Below are positions 1-9,692 of a DNA stretch of 64,000 bases, in pieces. Position 1 is the stretch's first letter. The number at the start of each line of letters is the position of its first letter. The notes beneath the pieces were generated by a model. It did no database searches, had not been told where the DNA came from, and saw only the letters and a list, made by a program, of their open reading frames with translations. The stretch is from Thermoplasmata archaeon. Lineage in GTDB: Archaea; Thermoplasmatota; Thermoplasmata; Lutacidiplasmatales; UBA184. A program made the position numbers and the translations under genes. Where the stretch lies: contig JBGOSQ010000001.1 of the NCBI GenBank assembly GCA_041476045.1, positions 8,846 to 72,845 on the forward strand. Direction: 5' to 3'.

Positions 1-102
1 TTGAGGTCCATCTGGAGCCGCTGCTGGCTCAGGCTGGAGAGATCCTGCTGGAGCTTCTGGAACTGCCGCAGATCGTTCTGGAGCTTCGCCGGGATCGCCA
101 CG
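1..102 (-). CDS. pfdB: prefoldin beta subunit, N-terminal part (gene runs off the window start)
   Basis: Minus-strand reading from a GTG at 102 gives VAIPAKLQNDLRQFQKLQQDLSSLSQQRLQMDL, typical of a coiled-coil prefoldin-beta N-terminus; truncated by the window edge. Confidence 0.4.
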
Positions 103-139
103 TCGGCGCGAGACCGGGCGCGCAAGATAAGCGCTTCGG

Positions 140-409
140 CTACGCGATCGCGGCATCGGCGGCGACCCGCTCCGTCGACGCCGTGAGGTCGATCCAACCG
201 AGGAAAGTATTGAGGCCGGCTCGAAGCGCGCCGGTATCCCGCGTCGTGAGACGAACGAGGAGATGCATCGGGTCCGATCGCTCGAGACGCGCCCGCGCTC
301 TCGGGACTTCGCGGGCCGCTTCGGGGCCGAGGGTCCGGAACAGTCGGTCGATCACGGCGGGGTCCGACGACGCGACGGAGATCGTGGCGGTCCACTCGGA
401 AGCGTTCAC
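140..409 (-). CDS. small (90 aa) conserved hypothetical, ferredoxin/ACT-like; translationally coupled to purB
   Basis: In-frame GTG at 409 overlaps the purB TGA stop (GTGA). The beta-alpha-beta-like pattern WTATISVASSDPAVIDRLFRTLG...MHLLVRLTTRDTGALRAGLNTFLGW was not recognised as a known family. Confidence 0.35.
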   Translation of the reverse strand: MNASEWTATISVASSDPAVIDRLFRTLGPEAAREVPRARARLERSDPMHLLVRLTTRDTGALRAGLNTFLGWIDLTASTERVAADAAIA

Positions 410-1773
410 GCGCTGAGATCGGCCGCGAGCCGAGCGAGAATGCGGTCGGTCTTCGCCGCCGCGCTCTGGACGTATTGGCCCGGGTCGAGGAGCGATCGGA
501 TCTCTTCCGGTTGCAGCCACTTGCGGATGATCGGATCGCGCGAGGCGCGGTCCGAGAGATCGACGCCCGGCCCGGCGTCTCGGGTGAGGCCGCGGAGGAG
601 CTCGTGGGCCTCGGAACGAGGGAGGCCTCGAGAGGTCAGTGCGAGCATGAGGTTCTCGGTCATCGTGGCGCCACCCGATTCGGCGAGATGGCGCGCCATC
701 GCGTCCGCATCCACCCGGAGGCCCCGGAACACGTCGGTGAGCTTCGCCAGGATATCGTCCGTCAGGACGAGCGCGTGGGGGAGGACGATCCGCTCGTTCG
801 CGCTATTGGCGAGGTCCCGCTCGTGCCACTGGACCATGTTCTCGAGAGGAGGCAGAGCGAAGGCACGGACCAGGCGGGCGAGCGACGCGACGTTCTCCGA
901 GAGCATCGGATTCCGTTTCTGCGCCATCGTAGAACTGCCCACCTGTCGCCCCTCATCGAACGCCTCCGCGACCTCCGCGATCTCCGTTCGTTGAAGGTTC
1001 CGCACCTCCGTCGCGAGCCGTTCGGACGTGCCGGCGATGAGCGCGAGGAGATTGGTGAGCTCCGCGATGCGGTCTCGGCCGACGATCTGGGTCGGGGCCT
1101 CATCGGCCGCGAGCGAGAGACGGCGCATGACGCCCGCCTCCACTTCGGCGGCACGTGCACCGAATCCGGCGCCGGTTCCGATCGCCCCCGCCATCTTGCC
1201 GACGGCGACGCGGGGTCGGAGCTCGTCGAGCCGATGGCGGTGCCGGACGACCTCGGCCGCGCCGACCGCCATCTTGTAACCGAAGCTCATCGGAACGGCG
1301 TGCTGACCGTGCGTGCGCCCGACCTCGGGCGTCGCGCGGTGCCGCTGGGCGAGCTGGATCAGGGCCGTCGCGAGCTGGACCAAGTCGGCCCGGACGACGG
1401 CGAGGGCCTCGACGAGCTCGAGGGCGAGAGCGGTATCGGTGATATCGGCGCTCGTCGCGCCGAAGTGGACCCACGCGCCGGCCTCGCCCGCCTTCTCGGC
1501 AAGAGCGCGAGTGATCGCCATCACGTCGTGCCGGGTGGAACGCTCGATCTCGTCGACGCGGGCGACCGTGACGCTCCCGGAGTGCGCGGCCGCCGTGATC
1601 GCTCGGGCGGCCTCTGGGGGGATCACCCCGAGCTCGGCCTCGCTTTCCGCGAGAGCGGCCTCGACCGCGAGGGCGCGACGCAGCCGCGCCTCGCGGGAGA
1701 AGAGCGCCCGCACCTCGGGCCGGCCGTACCGGAACTCGAGCGGACAGATCAGGCTCGGTTCGTCGTCGACCAC
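406..1773 (-). CDS. purB: adenylosuccinate lyase
   Basis: Fumarate-lyase superfamily signature GSSTMAQKRNP. N-terminal ICPLEFRYG motif and a length of 455 aa are typical of PurB. Confidence 0.9.
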   Translation of the reverse strand: MVDDEPSLICPLEFRYGRPEVRALFSREARLRRALAVEAALAESEAELGVIPPEAARAITAAAHSGSVTVARVDEIERSTRHDVMAITRALAEKAGEAGAWVHFGATSADITDTALALELVEALAVVRADLVQLATALIQLAQRHRATPEVGRTHGQHAVPMSFGYKMAVGAAEVVRHRHRLDELRPRVAVGKMAGAIGTGAGFGARAAEVEAGVMRRLSLAADEAPTQIVGRDRIAELTNLLALIAGTSERLATEVRNLQRTEIAEVAEAFDEGRQVGSSTMAQKRNPMLSENVASLARLVRAFALPPLENMVQWHERDLANSANERIVLPHALVLTDDILAKLTDVFRGLRVDADAMARHLAESGGATMTENLMLALTSRGLPRSEAHELLRGLTRDAGPGVDLSDRASRDPIIRKWLQPEEIRSLLDPGQYVQSAAAKTDRILARLAADLSA

Positions 1774-1875
1774 GGCCGGCGACCCGGTGGTGCCTATATA
1801 GACCTGACCCCGGCGGGCGCGCCAAGGACGGGAACCTTATTCCATCGACCCACACGTCCGAGCTACGGAGGTCGT

Positions 1876-2829
1876 GTGCGGATCCTCGTAGCGCTCGGGG
1901 GAAACGCTCTCCAGCGCGCGGGCGGGACCGGTACCTGGGCGGAGGCCACCGCCCAGATGCGCGCGACCGCCCCCGTGCTCGCCGAGCTGGTCCGCGACGG
2001 GCACGAGCTCCTCGTCACGCACGGGAACGGCCCCCAGGTGGGCGCCCTCCTCCGACAGAACGAGCTCGCGGAGCGCGAGGTGCCCCCGCGCCCGATGCAC
2101 GTGCTCGGCGCCGAGACCCAGGGACAGATCGGGTTCCTCATCCAGCAGGAGCTCACGGCGGCCCTCGAGCGCGCGAAGGTGCCGCGCGTCGTGGTCACGC
2201 TGATCAGCCGGATCGAGGTCTCGCCGAAAGATCCGGCGTTCAAGCGTCCGACCAAACCGGTCGGCCGGTACTATGATGAGACCGAGGCGCGCATCCTTCG
2301 GAAACGCGAGGGATGGGAGCTCGTCTTCGATGGGGCGCGCGGAGGATGGCGCCGTGTGGTCGCGTCCCCCAAGCCCGTCCGATGGGTCGAATCGGCGGCC
2401 GTGCGCCAGCTCGTTCGCGCCGGGTGGGGAGATCGGTGGGTGCCGATCATCGCCGGGGGCGGCGGGATCCCGGTCGTGGCGCGTGGGGGCGGGGTCTACG
2501 AAGGCATCGACGCCGTGATCGACAAGGACCTGACGGCAGCGCTCGTCGCGTCGGAGCTGGGCGTCGAGGTCCTGGCGATCGTGACGGACGTCTCCGGTGT
2601 GGCGACCGGATTCGGAAAATCCTGGGAGAAGTGGCTCGGGGATACCACGCCGGGGGAGCTGCGTGAGTGGCTCGCCCGCGGGGAGTTCGGCGAGGGGTCG
2701 ATGGCCCCGAAGGTCTCCGCGGGCCTCTCTTTCCTCGATCACGGCGGACGACGGTTCGTGATCACGGACATCCCCTCGCTCGGCCGTGCGCTCCGGGGCG
2801 AGGCCGGCACTCGGGTCAGTCGGGACTAA
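1876..2829 (+). CDS. arcC: carbamate kinase
   Basis: VRILVALGGNALQ...VTHGNGPQVG...GSMAPKV motifs of the carbamate kinase/amino-acid kinase family. GTG start 4 nt after a GGAGGT RBS. The upstream part of the long ORF 475..2829 is antisense to purB and is discarded. Confidence 0.85.
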   Translation: MRILVALGGNALQRAGGTGTWAEATAQMRATAPVLAELVRDGHELLVTHGNGPQVGALLRQNELAEREVPPRPMHVLGAETQGQIGFLIQQELTAALERAKVPRVVVTLISRIEVSPKDPAFKRPTKPVGRYYDETEARILRKREGWELVFDGARGGWRRVVASPKPVRWVESAAVRQLVRAGWGDRWVPIIAGGGGIPVVARGGGVYEGIDAVIDKDLTAALVASELGVEVLAIVTDVSGVATGFGKSWEKWLGDTTPGELREWLARGEFGEGSMAPKVSAGLSFLDHGGRRFVITDIPSLGRALRGEAGTRVSRD

Positions 2830-2835
2830 CGGGGC

Positions 2836-3579
2836 CTAGGTCGCGCGTCTTGACCCTCGCGTTCCATCCATGCGCCGGGCGAGTCGGTGGACCCCCGAGC
2901 CGTACTGGAGCGCCCGCTTCGGCGCGTCGACGAGGAGGGCGGGTAGTCCGAGGAGGGCAGCAGTTCGCCGCAACGCGATCTTCGGTGGCTCGTCCGCTGC
3001 GGGCGGGTCGGACTCCCGCGCGAGTTCCACGACCCTCGAATCGAGGAAGGGCGAGCGCAGTTCGAGTCCGATCGACCGTGCCATCCTCTCGGCCCGGGGC
3101 CACTCATGCGCCACGAGCATCTCCCAATCGATCCGGGCCCGCTCCCGCGCTGCCACGCTCGGGAGCCCACGAAAGTGGGCGTAGCCATAGAACAGCTCGT
3201 CCGCCCCTTGCCCGACGACCACGCGCGGTCCGTTCGCATGCGCGAGCCCGATCGCGAGGGCGAGGTTCACGCTCCGCAGCGGCTCAGCGAGACCCTCGAG
3301 CTCGACGCCAAAGCGGGCGCGGACGTCCGCGACGCTTGCCACGTCGATTGTCACCTCGGTGAGGGGGAGGCCGAGCAGCGCAGCGCCGGCGCGCGCGGCC
3401 ACCGGGTCCTTCGCGTCCTCGGTACCGATAACGAGCAGGCGGACCGGCAGGACCGGCTTCAGTAGGAACGCAACGAGTGACGAATCCAGGCCGCCCGAGT
3501 AGAGCACCGTGGCGCTGCTCGCGGAGCGAGCGCACTCGGCCACTGCGTCCCGAAGGGCGGTGCCCAGCCGCACCTTCAT
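2836..3579 (-). CDS. asparagine-synthase-like PP-loop ATP pyrophosphatase (AsnB C-terminal domain homolog, no glutaminase domain)
   Basis: Intact PP-loop SGGLDSS. ATG (MKVRL) preceded by a GGAGGGG-like RBS. The ORF start at 3642 lacks an RBS. Confidence 0.6.
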   Translation of the reverse strand: MKVRLGTALRDAVAECARSASSATVLYSGGLDSSLVAFLLKPVLPVRLLVIGTEDAKDPVAARAGAALLGLPLTEVTIDVASVADVRARFGVELEGLAEPLRSVNLALAIGLAHANGPRVVVGQGADELFYGYAHFRGLPSVAARERARIDWEMLVAHEWPRAERMARSIGLELRSPFLDSRVVELARESDPPAADEPPKIALRRTAALLGLPALLVDAPKRALQYGSGVHRLARRMDGTRGSRRAT

Positions 3580-3680
3580 CCTCTCGAAGTCGCTCCCCTC
3601 CTCTCGAGGAATCCCCGGCATGCGGTGCGGACACGGCGTCAACTATTATCCCGTTCCGCGCTCCCCGCGGCGGTTGTCCC

Positions 3681-4277
3681 ATGGTCGAACCGTCCTCGCC
3701 CACCCCGCCCGCCCCGACGCTGAAGGGCGGCCGACGGGCGGTCTACGTCGACCGCGACGGCACGGTCAACCCCGACCTGCGGTATCTCAAGGACGCGGAT
3801 CGGCTCGAGGTCTACAAGGGAGTCGCGGAAGCGGTCCGGCTCCTGCGGTTCCACGGATACCTGGTGGTCTGCATCACGAACCAATCCGGCATCGAGCGCG
3901 GATTCTACTCGGCGGAGGACGTCGAGCGGATCCACCGTCGCGTGAACGAGATCCTCGGAGTGGCGGGCACTTCGATCGATGCGTTCTACTACTGCCCGCA
4001 CGCGCCCGAGACGGGTTGCCGGTGCCGTAAGCCCGGGACCGAGCTGTTCGAGCGGGCGGAGCGGGAGCACGGGATCGCCCGCGCCGGCTCCGCGATCATC
4101 GGCGATCGGAGCCTCGACATCGAGGCGGGCGACCGGCTCGGTCTGTTGACGGCCCTCGTGCCGTCACCGGGACACGACGCCGAGGTCGTGCGCGAGCTCG
4201 CGGAACGGAAGATCCGTCCGGATATCACCGCTCCCACGATGCGCGCCGCGGCCGCGCGGATCCTCGCCATCGGGTAG
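3681..4277 (+). CDS. HAD-family phosphatase, D,D-heptose-1,7-bisphosphate phosphatase (GmhB)/HisB-N-like
   Basis: HAD motif I (YVDRDGTVN), CITNQSG and a CxH..C.C zinc site as in GmhB-like phosphatases. Confidence 0.65.
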   Translation: MVEPSSPTPPAPTLKGGRRAVYVDRDGTVNPDLRYLKDADRLEVYKGVAEAVRLLRFHGYLVVCITNQSGIERGFYSAEDVERIHRRVNEILGVAGTSIDAFYYCPHAPETGCRCRKPGTELFERAEREHGIARAGSAIIGDRSLDIEAGDRLGLLTALVPSPGHDAEVVRELAERKIRPDITAPTMRAAAARILAIG

Positions 4278-4323
4278 CGATCACCTACGGGCAAAGCTTC
4301 TAACTACGGTCTCTCCTCCGACC

Positions 4324-5097
4324 GTGGGGCCGACCGTGGTCCTTCCTATTTTTCTGGCCGCTCTAGGGGTCGGCGTCACCGTTGTGCTCGCAGCAGCGGC
4401 GACGCTGACGCGCGCCCTTACCCCCTGGGCCGGTGCCGTCGCGGCGGCGTTCGGATCGATCGTGGTGGTCGTCGGAGGCTTCCCGTTCCTGGGCCTCATG
4501 GTGCTCTTCGTGATCGCGAGCGTGCTCGCGACGCGCTACGGGTTCGAGGAGAAGCGTCGGGCGAAGGTGCACGAGGGGATCGAGGGCGAACGCGGCGTAT
4601 CGAACGTGCTCGCGCACGTGATCATCCCGACCGGGCTCGTCGTCGTCGCCGCGTCGGCTCCCGCCGCCCTTCCGACCGCGACCCTGGCCCTGCTCTACAC
4701 CGCGGCCCTCGCGTTCGGAGCGTCGGACACCTTCGCGAGCGAGTTCGGGGTCTTGGCGGGACGGGCGCGCAGCATCCTCACGTTGGAGCCGGTGCCCGCC
4801 GGGACCAACGGCGGCGTGTCCGCGATGGGCGAGGTCTGGGCTCTCGTCGGCGCGCTCACGACGGCCCTCCTTGGCCTCGCGCTGTTCCTCGGCTTTTCGA
4901 CCCGTATCCCGTCCGCCGGGGTCCTCCTCGGCGTGGCCACGATGGCAGGATTCCTGGGATGCCAGATCGACAGCATCCTCGGCGAGACCCTCGAGAACCG
5001 GGGTTGGCTCACGAAAGGAACGACGAACCTTCTCGGGATGGGCTCGAGCGTGGCGATCGCCGGCGCCGCGTTCCGATTGCTCGGAGGATCGTGGTGA
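4324..5097 (+). CDS. integral membrane protein, DUF92/TMEM19-like
   Basis: Six or more predicted TM helices. Conserved ATRYGFEEKRRAK...GERG loop typical of archaeal DUF92 proteins. Confidence 0.55.
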   Translation: MGPTVVLPIFLAALGVGVTVVLAAAATLTRALTPWAGAVAAAFGSIVVVVGGFPFLGLMVLFVIASVLATRYGFEEKRRAKVHEGIEGERGVSNVLAHVIIPTGLVVVAASAPAALPTATLALLYTAALAFGASDTFASEFGVLAGRARSILTLEPVPAGTNGGVSAMGEVWALVGALTTALLGLALFLGFSTRIPSAGVLLGVATMAGFLGCQIDSILGETLENRGWLTKGTTNLLGMGSSVAIAGAAFRLLGGSW

Positions 5098-5834
5098 CGC
5101 GCGCCCGGGGCAGCGTCGTCCTCCTCTCCGGTGGCATGGATTCGGCGACGTGCCTCGCGATCGCCACCCGGCGCGATCCCCCCGTTCACGCCCTCACCGT
5201 CCTCTACGGTCAGCGCCACGGCCGCGAGGTCCGTAGCGCGCGCGCCCTCGCCGCACGCTACGGGACCGCTTCGCACTCCGTGGTCCGGCTCCCGATCGGA
5301 TCCCTCCTCGCTTCGTCCCTGACGGATCGATCGGCGTCGCTCCCCTCGCGTCAGGGACCTCGCTCGAAGCGGATCCCCAGCACGTACGTCCCCGCCCGGA
5401 ACACGCTCCTGCTCGCCCTCGCCCTCGGCGTGGCAGAGTCACGACGGGCGCGGGCGATCTACCTCGGAGTGAACGCCATCGACTACTCCGGGTATCCGGA
5501 TTGCCGACCGGAGTTCCTTCGGGCGTTCGCCCGGTTGGCGAAGTTGGCGACCCGGGTGGGCGTGGAAGAGAACTGGTCGCCCGAGATCCGGGCTCCTCTG
5601 CTGCGACTCGGCAAGGCCGAGATCGTCCGGATGGGCGAGCGACTCGGCGTCCCGTGGGAGCTCACCTGGAGTTGCTACGCCGGCGGTCGGCGCCCCTGCG
5701 GCCGATGCGACTCGTGCCGGCTGCGCGCGAAGGGCTTCGGGGATGCCCGTGTCGAGGATCCCGCGGTCCGTCGAGCGAGCCGGCGAAAGGGCCCAGCCGC
5801 TCCGGCGCCCCGCGCGTCAGCTTCTTATCGGTAG
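5094..5834 (+). CDS. queC: 7-cyano-7-deazaguanine synthase
   Basis: PP-loop VVLLSGGMDS. C-terminal zinc cluster CYAGGRRPCGRCDSC. GTG overlaps the upstream stop (GTGA) with a GGAGGA RBS 5 nt upstream. Confidence 0.85.
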   Translation: MTRARGSVVLLSGGMDSATCLAIATRRDPPVHALTVLYGQRHGREVRSARALAARYGTASHSVVRLPIGSLLASSLTDRSASLPSRQGPRSKRIPSTYVPARNTLLLALALGVAESRRARAIYLGVNAIDYSGYPDCRPEFLRAFARLAKLATRVGVEENWSPEIRAPLLRLGKAEIVRMGERLGVPWELTWSCYAGGRRPCGRCDSCRLRAKGFGDARVEDPAVRRASRRKGPAAPAPRASASYR

Positions 5835-5861
5835 ACTCATCTCGGCGAGTGAGGGAGAGGA

Positions 5862-6284
5862 ATGAGCGTCGCAGCGGACTTCAGGAAGTTCTTGTTTTCG
5901 GGCAGCCTGATCTTGATGGCCGTCGCCTTCGTCGTCGGCTTGGCCATCGTTGGGTTGATCGGCGCCCTCGTTGCCGACATCATCAACCCGCTCATCGGTG
6001 CCGCGGTGCACGTGAATTTCAATGATCTCGGGATCCTCACCCTCAACGGCAGCCCGATTCTCGGTGGGGCGTTCCTCGGATCGCTCATCAACTTCGTCAT
6101 CCTGATGGCCGTTGTCTTCTTCCTGATCGCCTATCCGTACCAGCTCTCGCAGGACCGCAAGGCGGCCCGGACCGCCGCCGCGCCCCCGACCACCCGGGAC
6201 TGTCCCGCATGCTGCAACGCGATCTCCGTGAAGGCCACGCGCTGCGGCTTCTGCACCTCGACGGTGACACCCTCCTTGCCGTAG
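5862..6284 (+). CDS. mscL: large-conductance mechanosensitive channel MscL with C-terminal CPxC/CxxC zinc-ribbon tail
   Basis: MscL-like N-terminus and two TM helices (FRKF...GNVVDLAVGVIIG-type core). GGAGAGG RBS. C-terminus CPACCNAISVKATRCGFC. Confidence 0.7.
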   Translation: MSVAADFRKFLFSGSLILMAVAFVVGLAIVGLIGALVADIINPLIGAAVHVNFNDLGILTLNGSPILGGAFLGSLINFVILMAVVFFLIAYPYQLSQDRKAARTAAAPPTTRDCPACCNAISVKATRCGFCTSTVTPSLP

Positions 6285-6396
6285 CGACGACCGGGCAACC
6301 CCCGCCAACAGCGAGGTCCCCACCCGCGCGGGCACTATGGGCCGGCGAGGGCCGGGAACCGAGGCGCGGAGTCTGAGCCGCTCGGTTGGGGCGCGA

Positions 6397-8214
6397 TCAC
6401 ATGCGCTCGGGAGCGTCGAGTCCGAGCAGGCCCAGCGCGTTCGCGAGGGTGATCCGGCTCGCGGCGACGAGCGCGATCCGGCTCGCCCGTTCGGTTCCCG
6501 CGGTCAACACCGGGGTCGACTCGTAGAACCGGTTGAACTGCTCGGCCAGGTCGTGCGCGTACCCCGCGAGCGTGTGGACATGGGTCGTCCGCGCGACGTA
6601 AGCGACGACGCCGGGCAGGCGGGAAAGCTGCCGGACGAGCGCGCGTTCGTCCGCGGTTCCGAGGAGCGCCGGATCGAACGCGGGTCGTTCGGGAACGCCC
6701 TCGGCCTTGCGGAGAAGGCTCGAGGCACGCGCGTAGGAGTACTGGAGGAACGGACCGCTGCGGCCCTCGAAGGACAGCGCGTCCTCCCACCGGAACTGGA
6801 CGACCTTCTCGGGTGCCACGCGCAGGATGTGATACCGTACCGCCGCGGCGCCCACCGACTGCGCGATCGCGTCCACTTCGGCGTCCGGCAGACCCTCGCG
6901 GCGCGACCGAACCTCGCCCTTGGCCCGCTCGATCGCCTCGTCGAGGAGATCGTCGAGATAGACGACCTTGCCCTGGCGGGTGGACATCCGACCGCCCTCG
7001 GGGACGGTGATGTCCTGGTAGATCACGTACTCCGGGCGCCGAGACTCGCCGATCTCGGCCAGCATCGCCTCGAGCGTCCGTGCATGCAGGTGGTGGTCCT
7101 GGCCCAGGACGTCGATCGCACGGACGAACCGAGCGAACTTCGAGAGATGGTAGGCGATGTCCCGGGTGGGGTAGAGCGTGGTCCCATCCGGCCGGGTCAC
7201 GATGATCCGGGCGTTCTCCTTGGGAAGACCGTAGGAGGAGGTGTCGAGGGCCGAGGCACCGTTCGCCTCGGTCACCGCGTGAGGGGCCTTCCGCAATCGG
7301 TCGACGACACGCTCGACATCGCCGTTGCGCAGGAAGGAGGACTCCCAGACGAACTCGTCGAACCGTATCCCGATCCGTGCGAGCGAGGCCGACATCCCGC
7401 CCAGCACCGCTTCCGCGATCGTGTGGTGGTTCGGGACATCGCCACCGGTCTCGAGTCTCCGGCTGATGTCCTGGACCTCGGTCGCGGCCTCCGGGTGCGT
7501 CTTCAGGTACTTGCTCACCGCGGGGTACGGGCGACCGTAGCGAACGTCGGGCCGCAGCGCTGCCTCCGCCTCCGGCGTAGTTCCCTCGACGGTCGCGGCG
7601 ATCTCCGGCGGCCACGAGTCTCTCGGCTTGGACCAGATCCACGTCACCATCGCGGCCTGTCGGCCCACGTCGTCGACATAGTACTGGGTCGTGACGGCGG
7701 AGCCGGTCGCACGCAGGACGCGCGCGAGGGTGTCACCGATAATCCCGTTCCGTACCCGGCCGACGTGGAACGGACCCGTCGGGTTCGCGCTAGTGTGCTC
7801 GACGCAGACCGGCGTGAGCGGTCCCGTGAGAGTGCCCCACGCTCCGCCCCGAGCGAAGATCGCGCCCAGTGTGGCGGCCGTCAGGGACACCGGATCGGCG
7901 GTGAAGTTCGCAAAGCCGTTGACCGCGCTGCTGCGCACGATGCCTGGGAGGGCGGGAAGGCCCCGGACGAACTCGTCGGCGAACTCCGCCGGCGATCTCC
8001 CGAGCGCCTTCGCCGGTCGGTGAAGGGCGAGCGCGAGGTCGCCGTGCGCGCTGCCCGATCGGTCCAGCTGGGTTCGGATCGATGCGGGGTCCGCCGGAGC
8101 TTTCAGCTCGGCGAGCCGGACCGAGAGCGCGAGCACGAGCGGATCGACGATCGCATCCCAGGGATCGTCGGCGATGGTCGGAGCATCGGGACCGTGCGGC
8201 GTCGATATCGTCAC
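6397..8214 (-). CDS. argS: arginine--tRNA ligase
   Basis: Class-I aaRS with HVGRVRN (HIGH-like) and ArgRS-type catalytic and anticodon-binding regions. The in-frame GTG at 8214 is preferred over the ORF start at 8346, which would overlap the divergent gene. Confidence 0.85.
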   Translation of the reverse strand: MTISTPHGPDAPTIADDPWDAIVDPLVLALSVRLAELKAPADPASIRTQLDRSGSAHGDLALALHRPAKALGRSPAEFADEFVRGLPALPGIVRSSAVNGFANFTADPVSLTAATLGAIFARGGAWGTLTGPLTPVCVEHTSANPTGPFHVGRVRNGIIGDTLARVLRATGSAVTTQYYVDDVGRQAAMVTWIWSKPRDSWPPEIAATVEGTTPEAEAALRPDVRYGRPYPAVSKYLKTHPEAATEVQDISRRLETGGDVPNHHTIAEAVLGGMSASLARIGIRFDEFVWESSFLRNGDVERVVDRLRKAPHAVTEANGASALDTSSYGLPKENARIIVTRPDGTTLYPTRDIAYHLSKFARFVRAIDVLGQDHHLHARTLEAMLAEIGESRRPEYVIYQDITVPEGGRMSTRQGKVVYLDDLLDEAIERAKGEVRSRREGLPDAEVDAIAQSVGAAAVRYHILRVAPEKVVQFRWEDALSFEGRSGPFLQYSYARASSLLRKAEGVPERPAFDPALLGTADERALVRQLSRLPGVVAYVARTTHVHTLAGYAHDLAEQFNRFYESTPVLTAGTERASRIALVAASRITLANALGLLGLDAPERM

Positions 8215-8257
8215 CGAGAGCAATCGTAAAGCGGAACGGCCATCATAACGATTCCTC

Positions 8258-9157
8258 GTGGCCGCCCTTCTTCTCGTCCGGTACGGTGAGCTTGCGCTCA
8301 AGTCACCGCCCGTCCGGCGGGAGTTCGAACGCACGCTGCGCCACAACGTGCTGGAACTGTTCCTCGCGGCGGGCGAGACGTGCCGGCTGCGCTCGGACCA
8401 CGGCCACCTCTACGTCGAGGCCGACGACGCCGCTCGCGCGATCCGGATCATCCGCCGCGTCTTCGGCGTCACCTCGGTGAGCCGCGTCGTCGAGGTCGCG
8501 ACCGATCCCGCGGCGATCCGTGGGGCGACGATCGAGATGGCGGACCCGCTCCTCACGGACGGTCGGTCCTTCGCGGTTCGCGCCCGTCGTACCGGTCAGC
8601 ACCCGTTCACGAGCCAGGAGCTCGCGGCGTCGGTGGGCAGTGATCTGCTCGACCGGTTCGCCGACCGGCATCTCCGAGTGGATCTCGACCATCCCGAGGT
8701 CGAGCTCTTCGTCGAGGTCCGAGACGCGCGGACCTACCTGTACCTCGATCGCGAGGCCGGGCCGGGCGGACTTCCGCTCGGCGTAGCCGGCCGTGTCGCA
8801 GCCCTGGTCGACGGGCCGCGGGGGGCTCTGGGAGCCTACCTCCTGATGAAGCGGGGGTGCAAGTGCGCGGTCGTCCCGACCACGGTCGGGGCAGCACTTG
8901 TCGAGAACGTCCTACGACGGTTCGATCCGAAAGCCCGCGTGGCCGATACCGTCGTCGACCCGGCCGCGGCCGACGGACCGCTCGCGCTCCTCGCCGACGA
9001 GACGCACGCGGACGGAGTCGTCCTTCCGCTTCTTGTCGACGATTACCCGGCGGCCAAGGAGCGCTGGGGGGAACGGGTCGTCTTTTCTCCCACGGTGGGT
9101 CTCACCGACGAGGAGGTGGAGGGGCGATGGCGCGCCGTCGAACGGCTCGCGGCGTAA
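8258..9157 (+). CDS. ThiI-like THUMP-domain protein with degenerate PP-loop (truncated, probably non-catalytic)
   Basis: N-terminal ferredoxin-like plus THUMP pattern (LLVRYGELALKS...). The PP-loop position reads LVDGPRGALGAYLLMKRG instead of SGGxDS, and the protein is only 299 aa. Confidence 0.55.
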   Translation: MAALLLVRYGELALKSPPVRREFERTLRHNVLELFLAAGETCRLRSDHGHLYVEADDAARAIRIIRRVFGVTSVSRVVEVATDPAAIRGATIEMADPLLTDGRSFAVRARRTGQHPFTSQELAASVGSDLLDRFADRHLRVDLDHPEVELFVEVRDARTYLYLDREAGPGGLPLGVAGRVAALVDGPRGALGAYLLMKRGCKCAVVPTTVGAALVENVLRRFDPKARVADTVVDPAAADGPLALLADETHADGVVLPLLVDDYPAAKERWGERVVFSPTVGLTDEEVEGRWRAVERLAA

Positions 9158-9504
9158 AGACGGTCGGGCTCAGGCCGTTCGTCGTCGAGGACGTCGCAGC
9201 GGCCGGCCGCAACGCCACGGCCCCCGATCCGTCGGCCCCCTCCGTGAGCCTGGCGGGTCGAGAACTTCTTGATGAACGCGTCCGGGCTTGGAAGGAGGAG
9301 CGTGCCCGGTTCGAACGCTCTCGACGGCCGCGTGCTCCGGTCGCCACCGCACGGGATCCGACGATCGCCGACCGCGAACCGTAACCCGGACCGGGCCGTA
9401 GGGCTCCGAACGGTGGACGGTCGAGGGCCCGCACGACGCCCGCTCCCCTCGGACAAAGACTTAAGAACCGTGCCCGGGTGGGCGCGTCCACCCAGGAGGG
9501 CCCC

Positions 9505-9690
9505 GTGCCGCACTGGTCCGTTACCGGGACATTCTTAGCCCGCCGTTGGGATTGGCAGACGTTCACGAAGAGCTGCGAGGCCCCGTCGGCCGACCAGGCG
9601 CGTGAGTGGGCGCTCTCCGAGATCGGTGGGTGCCACGGGGTCAAACGGACACGGATCCGGATAGGCACCGTGACCGAGGTCCAGGCCTGA
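9505..9690 (+). CDS. rplX: ribosomal protein LX (L18Ae/eL20)
   Basis: VTGTFLARRWDWQTFTKSCEAPSADQAREWALSEIGGCHGVKRTRIRI matches the LX consensus (F.V.G.F...FTKE...HGVKRxxIxI). GTG 4 nt after GGAGGG. Conserved position upstream of pfdA and ftsY. Confidence 0.6.
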   Translation: MPHWSVTGTFLARRWDWQTFTKSCEAPSADQAREWALSEIGGCHGVKRTRIRIGTVTEVQA

Positions 9691-9692
9691 GA

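Noticed and set aside
475-1870. First half of the 784-aa plus-strand ORF 475..2829
   Set aside because: It is antisense to purB (strong fumarate-lyase motifs on the minus strand) and arginine-rich. Only the carbamate-kinase part from GTG 1876 is real.
6335-8229. Long overlapping ORFs 6335..7642(-) and 6337..8229(+)
   Set aside because: Alternative frames or antisense of argS; Arg/Gly/Pro-rich composition typical of GC-driven spurious ORFs.
8215-8346. 44-aa N-terminal extension of argS from the ORF start at 8346
   Set aside because: It would overlap the divergent ThiI-like gene and has no similarity to ArgRS N-termini; the in-frame GTG at 8214 is preferred.
9158-9504. Expected rpl31e/eIF6 genes upstream of LX (common archaeal synteny)
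   Set aside because: No frame in this 350-bp stretch encodes anything resembling L31e or eIF6. ORF 9269..9538 is Arg/Pro-rich noise.
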